Both the position numbers and the translations under genes were made by a program. The notes below the pieces were generated by a model. That model was not told the origin of the DNA. It saw only the letters and a list, made by a program, of their open reading frames with translations, and did not search any database. From Pristiophorus japonicus (Eukaryota): a stretch of DNA of 64,000 nt. The stretch is from contig NC_091979.1 of assembly GCF_044704955.1 (NCBI RefSeq), positions 110,732,001-110,796,000 on the forward strand, given 5' to 3'. Of this stretch, positions 33,559 to 45,194 are shown in pieces; the first letter of the stretch is position 1, and every line of letters starts with the position of its first letter.

Positions 33559-36479
33559 CTGTTGCATCAATTAAAATGTAATTACAAGTTATAAATTGAA
33601 ATTATTTCACTGATTTTATACTCCCAAAATTACAATTAAAAGAAAATATATGGAAATAGTAACTCGTTATGAATGAAAACTGTAACAAGCGAAATTCACT
33701 TGGGCCAATAGGATTTCTGTGCAAATGTACAAATAAAAATAAAAGTATTTGCACTAGCTGCAAGTGTTTTAATATTTACTTAATTTACAATTATAAAATG
33801 CATAGCGTTTAAGCCATTTTTTTTCAACAACGTTTTTTTTCCTGTGTAGTTTCAAAATCCAAGAAATTGTAGAACACTATCCCCAAGTCATTAACTTAAT
33901 CCACCAAGGTCTCAAATGCAGTCTTAATCCTCTGTTGCTCAGAATAATGCAATTTAACATTGATAATTTTTTCTGCGTACGTCTCCATCTGTTTGCCGCT
34001 GATAAGAGCTTCTGTGTGACAAGAGAATTTTCCACTCTTCAGGCGATTTGCTATTTTCATTGAACTTCTAAAAACCTACCAGTGAGGGAGCAGGAACCAG
34101 AAATTTCAGACCAATGGGCAGGACAGTAAGAGTCAAGTAACATGATTCAGTTCACCATGGGAATACAAACGAGGGGCAATGTGTTTAATTTATATACTCG
34201 TGACAGTGTACATGTTCTGTAGAAAAACTAGGTCTATCTAGACCAATGAGCTTCCAAGGCAACCTTAAAATAAATCTTTTCAGAACAATGTTACAGTTCA
34301 TTGAAAACTTTACGAAGACTACCCTCTGTTATGTTCAAGGTTTGCAGTTTTCATTTCTTTTTTTGGGAGGGTTGTTACATTTAGAAACTACTTTAGTTGA
34401 AGGTAAAAGTATACACAACCTGATCACACTATTAAATTGAAGATACTGGCACAAGCTGGTGTGTATTTTGAAAGTTTATCAGAACTGAAAATACTGAACC
34501 GTCAATCAAATACAGCAAATTGTATATATCCTCTATATGCTTGTTAAAAAGACTTGATTGGTTTTGGCTTAATTTCATCATTCAAGATTTTTCAGTTCTT
34601 TTTAAATTTGGTGTAAAACAGAATGGTGACACAAGAGGCTGCCTAAGTTTTAAACAAAAGTAAATAAAAGGCATTCTTCATTCTAGCTATAGTTGAACTT
34701 AGACAAGACCATCTCTTGAAGTCTCAAGGATGAGATGGGCTTGGCACCAGCAGCATTATACCCTGTACTGCACTTTTGCAAATGGAGAATGAAAATCTCC
34801 ATTTGCAAAACCCAGCAACAAAACTGAACAATGTCAATGAAATCTATATAATATTATTTGTTACACCGATTGTAGTTTATTTGTTAACTATAATACTCAA
34901 AATGCCACAAAAGTGGCATAATCTGATGCTATGTTAATTTGACAAGAAAGCTGCTAGCACTTACCCATTTGGAGACTCAAATATGGTCATGGATATTCAT
35001 GCATGTCAAGAGACCCAGCTGACGAAATGGCAAAAAAAACTTTTACCCTCCAACAGATGGGCGAGATGAGCAAGGCGCAGAACACAGTAATTTATAGACA
35101 TATGTAACATATTCATACGACTTCCCCCACAGCAGGACATGAACTTCCAAATGCTAAAACTTGCACCAACAGCAAATGAGGTAGAGTTCCATCCCTACCC
35201 AAGAAAGCAGCAAAAAGCAGAGATTCAGTGCAATACAGTCCCAAATTATGCAACCGAACAAAGAACAGGCAACAATGGAATCTGGATGCACCCTGCTCAG
35301 CATGCTGCTGTAGGAACTTAAATCTAAATCCAAGACTACCTGCTGTTTCAGATGAAAAACTATTTAGCAATACATTTTGGTATATGAAGAGAATATTTTA
35401 AATAGACAACATTTTGGAGGTCTGGAATGAGACGCATCAAAAATATCAAATCCCAGAACTGGTCTGATGGAAAGAGAATCCCAGACTGCAGGATATTTAC
35501 AACACCAAGAGAAAGATTCAATGTTCTTGTCTTGCCACTTAGATTTCCCCGCCCCACCCCCATCCTCTCAGTTAACATGAAAGCAAGAGTTACAGGCTCA
35601 AGTGCCAAGAGGAAAAGTAATAAGGAAAACTTTTGTCTCAAAACAGCTCAAAGCAGTAGCCAATAATTAAAGGCAAGAGTAAAGTGAAGCAGTAAAGTGA
35701 ATTCCAAGAAGGGAGGCATTAAGCTACCATTTATTACACCTTTTTAGAAGGTCTGGAACACACAGGTCAGTGATGTAGGATCCAAAAACCCTAGAGAGCC
35801 ATCGAGGCAGGAGCTGACAACAAGAATCAGGATTTTGTTTTAAGGTATAAAATGTAGTGTGAGGATGTCAAATCATAAACATGTCACACTCACAAGGGCA
35901 AAATGCTCAGATCTGTGCTGAAAGAAATGCACTATAGTTAATCATTAAATTTAGTGCAAGAGCCCTCCGTAACAGTCCTCATGTTGTTTTTTGGTAAAAG
36001 AGAAAAAAATCTTTTCAAAAGGTCGCTGAATGTCGCAGTCACCTTGTATCTTTTTCCTCTTCAGTTGGAGAATACTTCAAATAAATTTAAAGAACGGAGG
36101 TAAAGAGCAACTATATCCTGTGGCATATTAATGCAAAATATTTTGAAGTTCAAAATAGCTACTCTAACAAGAAGCGACATTAAATAAATAAGTAAAATGC
36201 TAAAATGCTGTTTTTAAACTGCCCATAACTGTTTATTAAACAAATGTAAGCAGCAAATCATGACTCTTTTCCAGAAATAACATATGTGCTAAACAAAAAA
36301 TTAGTCATGGGCATTTGGAAAGTGAGAAGAATTACTAAACAAAAACAACACAAAGGAGAGTTCCAGTGACGTCACCACCTGTGCACCAGCGATTTTTAAT
36401 GAGCTCCTAAAATTATTTTTTTGGGGAACCCACTAACATCTTGGACAAAAGAACTGAATTCCAGAGGTGAGATTCCAGG

Positions 36480-36800
36480 TGAGGCAAGAGTGACTGCCTT
36501 TGACTTCAAGGCAGCATTCGATCAAGTGTGGCACCAAGAAGTCTAGTAAAACGGAAATCAATGGGGATTGGGTGAAAACTCTCCACTGGCTGGAGTCATA
36601 CCTAGCACAAGGGAAGATGGTTGTGGTTGTTGGAGGCCAATAATCTCAGCCCCAGGACATCGCTGCAGGAGTTCTTCAGGGCAATGTCCGAGGCCCAACT
36701 ATCTTCAGCTCTTTCATCAATTAACTTCCTTCCATCATGTCCAGAAATGGGGCTGTTCACTGATAATTAGAGTGTTCAGTTGCATTCGCAATTCACCAGA
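36480..36800 (+). mobile_element. Fragment of the divergent LINE family seen at 4450-5150
   Basis: Shared gaaaactctccactggctg and ctcagccccagg..atcgctgcaggagtt. Confidence 0.78.
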
Positions 36801-36849
36801 TTGTATAGATCCCTCTATTTATCCTGTTATATAAGATAGTTGATCCATT

Positions 36850-39800
36850 CTAGCAAAAGGCTGAACAACAGGAGAACTGACAGCAATGCTTAATGTATAT
36901 GCTCCAAATACGAACTCCCAAATACTGGCATTTCTCATACTCGCTCACATATGGAAGGAAGAGTAATCATGTGTTGGGATCTAAACTGTGCCTTTCACCC
37001 CAAACAGGATAAACTTCAGCAGACAAAGGGCACCCAGGACAAGCAGACAGAACAATCCAGGGGCATTGTAAAAAACTCAGCCTGATGAGTGTCTAAGAGT
37101 TCCGACATCCCACTGAGAAAGAATTCACCTTACACTACTCACCCCATAATAAAACATGCTCCAGGATAGAATTATTATTCTTGAAGCAATCCAACTTATC
37201 CTGAGTCACATGCTGGGATACAGGGCCAAGAGCCATCTCAGATTATGCACCAATTACACTTCCAACCATAGCCTATTCAACCATCTCCTCCTCCTTTCAG
37301 ACATCGCTACCTCAACCCAGCTCGCATTTGCAACCCTGAGTTCCTATTATATCTCGGGGTTAAGTTCGCCTGCTGTATTAGATAACTAAGGATCTCGTAT
37401 TACTGTGGAAAAGCACCAAAGCAGACCTCAGGGGTCACATAGTCACCTGCACCTCTGCTAAAAAGTGCAAAGGGCTACAGACCCAGTGACCTGGATTAAA
37501 AAAGTAAAGGGGTTAGAATCTCAACATTTGAGGCACCAAACAAAGCAATGAAAGGACCCTGATACAGGCTAGAGGGGAACTCAATATCATCTCCTCAAAA
37601 GGATGCTGAAAAGTTCTCCCGCAATCATGAATAGGATGACAAGCCAGGGAACTTCTGGCACAACCCTTTGGCAGCAAATGCATAACAGGACTATTGCTTC
37701 AATTAAGCGAGTTAATGGTAACCTTCACCTCAAACTCGACTGAGATAAACAGAGTTCATAAGCTATTACACATCACTCAATGCAGATTAATGTCAAGCCA
37801 TGCCATAAAAAAAGCAATTCCTATCCAACTACCCCCTTCCACCTTCCACAAAAAATTGCATAGTTGCTTGATGCCTTGCTTTCTGCCAGTGAACTCCAAC
37901 TGGCAGTAAAAAGCCTCCATCGGGAAAGCCACAGGGCTATCCGCTGAGATCTACAAGGCCCGACACCAAGATCTCACTACTCTTCGACCAAAATACTCAC
38001 ACAGGGCTCAAGTTTCGGCCTGAGCTGCTCCTATTTTTTTGGAGCAACTAGTTTAGAATGGAGCATCTTAGAAATTGCAATTCTCGACATTTAGTTTGCT
38101 CCAGTTCTAGTGAGTTAGAATAGTTTCATTTTAGAACAGATTTTTTTTTCAAAAGGGGGCCTGTTTTGAAGTTTAGGCAGCGAAAACTTACTCCAAACTA
38201 ACTTAGAATGGAGTAAGTGTAAATTTTTGTATGCTCAGAAAAACCTTGTCTACACTTATACATTAGGCGTAGGAAACGAGGGATTGGTGGGGGGGGGGGG
38301 GAGTTTACAAACATTAAACACTTCACTTTTACAAATAAAGGGCCATTGTCAATAATAAATGATAAATAAATCAATAAATCAACAAAAAAAAACAAAAAAA
38401 ATTAAGTTTCTACTCACCTACTGCAGCACCGGTAGCCCTCCAACAGTATGCTGGGGCGGGACCCCCCCGCCCCTAATGTCTCTGTGTCTCTGTCAGTGGA
38501 GGTGGGGGAGAAGCGAGAACAGGCAGGAGTGGGGGAGAAGTGAGAAAGGGCGGGAGTGAGGAGAGAAGCGAGAACGGGCGGGAGTGGCTTAAGAGAATGG
38601 GCGGGAGGGGGGAAGGGGATGATGAACGGGAGGGGGAGGCTGAATGGGAGGGAGGGAGGCTGAACGGGAGGGTGGTGGGGGGGTGCGGGGGGAGCTGAAC
38701 GGGAGGGAAGCCAGAGTCCCGATCTTCAATGCCCTGGGAGCCCATTCGGCCAGGGCTCGGGGCGGCGTTCTTCGGGCCCCTCCCACGCCGCCTGCACAGA
38801 TTCGAGCTGCGAGGAGCTACTGCACATGCACGCATACTCTAGTGCGCATGTGCAGAGATCCTGGCACTGTTTTCAGCGCCGGGCCCTGGCTCCGCTACAC
38901 CAAGGGCCTGGATCAACCGGACGGTGGGGAGAATACCAAGGTAAATAATAAGCGCCATTTCTGTTCTAAAAAGTCGGCGCACCATATGGAGGTGCACCGT
39001 TCTAACCTTGCGGGCAAACTTGGGCCCGATGTACTGGAGACAAAGACCTTTCCAGACACGACACATCATGTCGCAACAATCATATTACTACACAAGCAGA
39101 GTACGGACCCCACCTAGTTCTCATGATACAGACCATATGACATCTCAATACAGACTATAAAATACCTAAGACCTTAGCCCCTAGACTAAATGCAGCCATT
39201 CCTGGGCTGTACCAGGTAGATCAAATAGGTTGTAAAAAGGAGCCGTTTCTCAGGACAACACTAGGTGGTTGTTCAATGTGGTGTACTATTGTAATAGTAC
39301 CAACATGTCTGTCCTGGTACTGTCCCTTAACGCAGAAAAGGCATTCGAGTTTAGTTGAAATTCTTCTTTGTAACACTTGAGGGAAGGGTTTTGGCATCAC
39401 ATTCAAGAAATGGATTGCAATCACTTATTGGCAACCCACATCCACAGTGCGCACCAATGGCCATAGCACCCCTTCATCCCACTGCAACAAAGAATCCCCA
39501 CATCCACTCCCATTTGCTCTGGTCATAGAACAAGCATCAGAGTGAATCTAGGCATCCACCGAGTACAGGCAGGAGCAAACAAACACAAAACATTCATGCA
39601 AATTGATAACATAATGCTAAAATTAACACAACTAACTCACTTCCAAGCATCTTCCAAACCATCTAATTTGAATATATTTCCAGCTCAGGCAAGATGTTGC
39701 ATATGGAAATCCTATACTTGTGCGTGGCCAGGGGCTAGCTTCAGATACCTTGGCATACACGCCACACCAAAGCCCACTCCCCTGTGCAAAAAGAGCGCTC

Positions 39801-40060
39801 TCTTTTGCCATCTGCCCCTTTACCAGCCTATATGCTGACCTAATCATATGGAACAATCTACCCTATCATTCTTGAATAGGGTGAACACAAGAAAGGTCAA
39901 CATTCTCCCGACCTTCCGTGGCTGACAATGGAAGCCAGAACATCCCTCCCAAATTCCATACACAGTCAGTGATACAGCTTCAGAAAAAAACAATAGACAG
40001 CTAGAAGCATCCTACTGTTGCTACAACTCTCTCAGCTTGGAGTAAGGTCTGTGCTTCCTT
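36850..40060 (+). mobile_element. Ancient, heavily decayed L1-clade ORF2 (APE plus RT), split by a MITE
   Basis: Manual translation: LNVYAPN (near 36890), RHPTEKEFT..SPHNKTCSRIE (37100-37175), SDYAP, NTDYKI, LSLNAEKAF, GFGITFKKWI, VRTNG, FRYLGI. Confidence 0.72.
38004..39027. mobile_element. PIF/Harbinger-like non-autonomous element, about 1 kb, GC-rich
   Basis: TIRs GGGCTCAAGTTT / AAACTTGGGCCC (11 of 12); no clean TSD. Confidence 0.72.
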
Positions 40061-40065
40061 AAAGA

Positions 40066-41830
40066 TAGAAACATACAGAAACATAGAAAATAGGTGCAGG
40101 AGTAGGCCATTCGGCCCTTAGAGCCTGCACCACCATTCAATAAGATCATGGCTGATCATTCCCTCAGTGCCCCTTTCCTGCTTTCTCTCCATACCCCTTG
40201 ATCCCCTTAACTGTAAAGGCCATATCTAACTCCCTCTTGAAAATATCCAATCAACTGGCATCAACAACTCTCTGCGGCAAGGAATTCCACAGGTTAACAA
40301 CTCTCTGAGTGAAGAAGTTTCTCTTTATCTGAGCCCTAAATGGCCTACCCCTTATCCTAAGGCTATGTCCCCTGGTTCTGGACTTCCCCAACATAGAGAA
40401 CATTCTTCCCGCATCTAACCTGTCCAGTCCCTTCAGAATCTTAAATGTTTCTATGAGATCCCCTCTCATCCTTCTAAACTCCAATGAAAAAAGGTCCAGT
40501 TGATCCAGTCTCTCCTCATATGACAGCCCAGCCATCCCTGGAATCAGTCTGGTGAACCTTCGCTGCACTCCCTCAATAGCAAGAACGTCCTTCCTCAGTC
40601 TAGGAGACCAAAACTGAACACAATATTCCAGGTGAGGCCTCACTAAGGCCCTGTACAACTGAAGTAAGACCTCCCTGCTCCTATATTCAAACCCCGAGCT
40701 ATGAAGGCCAACATACATTTGCCTGCTGTACTTGTGTGCCCACTTTCAATGATTAATGAACCATGACACCCAGGTCTCGTTGCACCTCCCCATTTTCTAG
40801 TCTGCCGCCATTCAGATAATATTCTGCCTTCATGTTTTTGCCCCCAAAATGGATAACCTCACATTTATCCACATTATACTGCATCTGCCATGTATTTGCC
40901 CACTCACCTAATCTGTCCAAGTCACCATGCAGCCTCTTAGCGTCCTCCTCACAGTTCACACCGCCACCCAGTTTAGTGTCATCCGCAAACTTGGAGATAT
41001 TACACTCTATTCCTTCATCCAAATCATTAATGTATATTGTAAAGAGCTGGGGTCCCAGCACTGAGCCCTGCGGCACCCCACTAGTAACCGCCTGCCATTC
41101 TGAAAAGGACCCGTTTATCCCTACTCTCTGCTTCCTGTCTGCCAACCAGTTCTCTATCCACGTCAGTACATTACCCCCAATACCATGTGCTTTGATTTTG
41201 CACACCAATCTCTTGTGTGGGACCTTGTCAAAAGCCTTTTGAAAGTACAAATACACCACATCCACTGGTTCTTCCTCGTCCACTCGACTAGTTACATCCT
41301 CAAAAAAATTCCAGAAGATTTGTCAAGCATGATTTCCCTTTCATAAGTCCATGCTGACTTGGACCGATCCTGTCACTGCTTTCCAAATACGCTGCTATTT
41401 CATCCTTAATAATTGATTCCAACATTTTCCCCACTACTGATGTCAGACTAACCGGTCTATAATTACCCGTTTTCTCTCTCACTCCCTTTTTAAAAAGTGG
41501 TGTTACATTAGCTACCCTCCAGTCCATAGGAACTGATCCAGAGTCGATAGACTGTTGGAAAATGATCACCAATGCATCCACTATTTCTAGGGCCACTTCC
41601 CGAAGTACTCTGAGATGCAGACTATCAGGCCCCGGGGATTTATCGGCCTTCAATACCATCAATTTCCCGAACACAATTTCCCGCCTAATAAGGATATCCT
41701 TCAGTTCCTCCTTCTCACTAGACCCTCGGTTCCCTGGTACTTCCGGAAGGTTATTTGTATCTTCCTTCGTGAAGACAGAACCAAAGTATTTGTTCAATTG
41801 GTCTGCCATTTCTTTGTTCCCCATTATAAT
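40066..41830 (-). mobile_element. 5'-truncated CR1 (subfamily B), RT region
   Basis: ORFs 40251-40718, 40753-41283, 41300-41830; 3' tail at 40066. Confidence 0.93.
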
Positions 41831-42084
41831 TTGCTCTTCCACTAGCCAAATGACAAATTGCCCTGCATGACAAATATCGAGACCAACAGATGGAGCACTC
41901 TCTCCATAACCCTGCAATATTTTGTGAACGTCAGTGTAAACCAATATCCTTGGAGCTTTCCCTTCACTCCCCAACAGCCTCTTTCAGACACTGCTCCATT
42001 CTGTGTACCATTCTTGGCTCCACAACCAAGGATGGAAACATTAACCTGAAGGAAACCTGGGAACATGACCTAAGCTGACCAATT

Positions 42085-42485
42085 ATCATCATAGGCAGCC
42101 CCTCGAAGCGAGGATGACTTGCTTCCACGCCAAAAAGAGATGAGTTCACAGGTGTTTCAATGAAGGACCTAATATTCCAGATCCAGAACTACATCGTGAA
42201 GGGTGAAAGGTGCCTGTGCATGGATTTTTTTTTTTTAACGTGGGGTAGCCGTTGCACACCAGCCACCACACGGGCTTGACAGAGCTAGGTCTTGGTCCAG
42301 TGTCAAGGATTACCCGACCGAGCGCGCACACATATCGCAGTGTGGGCTGGCCCATGCTGACCCTGGGTCCTTGGCTCTTCTGGGCCCCAGATTCAAGCCT
42401 CTCCTGGGCCCGGTCGCTTCCCTCTACAGACTCTTGCCGCTCCTTCGCACCCCCTGTTGTGCCTGCCCGCACTGCAATCAACAAG
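42085..42485 (-). mobile_element. Short non-coding element ending in an RTE 3' tail (bipartite RTE derivative or SINE)
   Basis: 42085-42135 matches the RTE tail (ggaagcaagtcatcctc..gaggggctgcctatgatgat) but the body has no RT coding similarity. Confidence 0.62.
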
Positions 42486-43689
42486 CTGGCAAGACCATCA
42501 GCCGGCCGGGGCCATTGGACGGAGCAGCATGCGGCGGGCCAGCCCGGAAATCGGCACGGTCCCGGCCTGCAAGACCATCAGCAGGCCGGGGCCATTGGAG
42601 GGAGCGGCGCGCGGCGGGCACGAAGCCAGGTCGTTGAAACAGGTAGTACAGTAGCAGAAATTCACCATGGTGAACAATTCAATTTGGAGCATGGCCAGTT
42701 TCCAGCAATGTTTTTATAAACTGGTGCAAAACATCACAGAAACTCGACTCGCACTGGACATAATTTGTGCTTGAAGTTCCTCGATCTTTTACGCTGGTTT
42801 GGCCAATTTGCGAGCGGAAACTATCCAAATGTATTTAAGTTTTTTCTTTATACCTCAGTCACTACGTTTATCAGTGAGAACAGTGGGGTCATCGCATGTG
42901 GCTAGAAACTGTGCCAGGATAAGGTGCGGGGACGACAGGGCACGTTGTGTGTTGAGCTATATACATCAACCTCAAAGTCAGAGAGCGACGTTGGGGCTCA
43001 GAACACCAACCCAAGGTGAGGGATTTACAAGACGAGCATGAGAGAAGCTGCTTTGACTCAATGAACCAACCCCCGTTGGGTCATCATTGTCGAATGTAAA
43101 GGTCTACCTAGCCTGCTCTTGGAATTTTAGATGAGAAATTTATCAATTTTCAAGATTAACAGTTGATCTCCTTTGGCGTTGCTCAATTTTTAAAACCGCC
43201 TCATTGTAACTGATTCTGCTTCTCTCCCACTCTTTGTCTCTTTCACTGTGCCTTCCACTCTGCTGCCCTCTTTCTTTCTCTTTGTCTGTCACACGCTTGC
43301 ATTGTCTCTGCCTTTCGGCCTCTAAGCTGACCACCAAGGCGAGAGTTATGGAGTCAGCACCCAAACACCACCAGCTGCAGCAAAATGCAGGAAGGCCAAT
43401 TCAAAATCATAAATCACACATACTGTACCCCACAAATGCTTCATAAATTCCATCCCTCCATGCTAGATGACTGCTGAAGAGGCTATGGCCAAAAAGGCAA
43501 CCTTCTACACATATTCTGGCTCACATCCAGCCATTATGGACAGCAGCCCAGCAAATCACCAAGAATGCAACATGTCTCATGATCCCAGAGTATCCAGTTC
43601 ATTGCTTGCTGGGCCTGTCCAGTGGAGAGAAAAGCTAGTATAACTCTCATTATTAGCTGCAAGATGATCATGGGCATATCCCATGTCTT

Positions 43690-45190
43690 TTCACCAGGGT
43701 CAATTGAAATATTCAAGACTGAGATCAATAGGCAAAGGCTATCAAAGGATAAGGAACAAAGATGGGTAAATGGAGTTGGGATGCAGATCAGCTATGATCT
43801 AATTGAATGGCGGAACAGACTACAGGAGCTGAATGGCCTAGTCCTGTTTTTATGTTCCTACTATTATTATCTATCGCGAAGACACCGCCTTTCAAAGCTG
43901 GAAAAGCTCAAGTTTCTCTAATCATATCTCAAGACTTCTAACATTAGGTTCAGCCTCATGGCTCTTCTCTGCACTGCCTCCAACACTCGAATGATGCATT
44001 TAGGTCACAATGACCAGAATTGGACACAGTAGTCAAGGTGCGGCCTGACCAAATCAATATATAATTTCAACATTACTTTCTCTGAATTATATTCAACTGT
44101 TTCTGCTGTGCAACTCAATAATATAATGGCTTTGTTGACTGTCGTTCTGCACTGGGTGAGCATTTTACGCGTAAAGTCTACTAAGATACCTAGGGCCCGA
44201 ATTTGATCAAACCTACGTTCTGCTCATTTACCGTCAAAAAACTGCTAAGATTGTGACGGTACTTTGGCGGAAGTTTGGTTAAAAACTGGGGGAAAAAAAT
44301 GTCTGGCGGAAAAAATGGACATTACACAGCAATTCTGGGTGGCAGCGGGCGGTAGGTCGGATTCTGGGCGGCAAATGCAATCCTCGACAAAGTAACGAAG
44401 AGGCTAGAGTCGAGCCGAGGGAGGGGAGCAAAGCAAAAAATGTTCAACAAATAAAAAACAAAACATAACAAAACCTTCAGAGGATCCTTTCAAACAAAAT
44501 CGCTGCAAAAGAATGAAAGCAAAACATCTTACTAACCTTTTCTTGCAGGTCTTCATACCTACTGTCCAGGTAAGACCTGCTTCCACGCGGCGGTATTTTC
44601 TCCTGCTGGAGTGGAGGACCGCTCGGATGAATGTCGAGTGGGAGGATTTTTTTTTCGGCGTTATACGCCAGCGGACACTCCCCAGCGGTCCTTACAAACC
44701 GCCGGCGTGACCAAACTCGCACAAAGAGCGCCGAAAAAACGGGAAGGCGGCAGCCGGTTGATCAAATTCGGGCCCTTAGTTCTTTAAAGATTATCTTTAA
44801 TTATTTCAAAATCTTCCTTGGGATATGTGCATTACCCATTTTCCCTTCCTACGTACAGTATTTTACACATTTTTCTACCCAGTTACATATTTTGTCCAGC
44901 TAATTGTGTAACTTCTGATCTGCCTACTCCACTTCCACTACCCCTTGAAGTCTGGCATCATCGACAAATCTAAACAATCTGCATTGAGTTTCTGAATCCA
45001 AGTTAGAACAGTACAGGGTTCCAACACCCCATTTAGTACTTCCTCCCACCCCTACATACCTGTTATTTTCTACCCTTCAGTCAATTTATTACCCATATCC
45101 AAGATTTACCTTGATTCCCCACAGCATTTAGATTAACAAATACATCTGGAACTGTGACAAATACCTTTTGGAAATATAGGTACAACACAT
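43690..45190. mobile_element. CR1 3' end (+, 43690-43860) and an old CR1 RT fragment (-, about 43880-45190)
   Basis: 3' UTR motif; degenerate RPHLDYCVQFWS, FVDDARL and FQKVF on the minus strand. Confidence 0.65.
44193..44775. mobile_element. PIF/Harbinger-type MITE, 583 bp
   Basis: Perfect 18-bp TIR GGGCCCGAATTTGATCAA; flanks CTA / TTA (3-bp TSD with one mismatch). Confidence 0.9.
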
Positions 45191-45194
45191 CATT

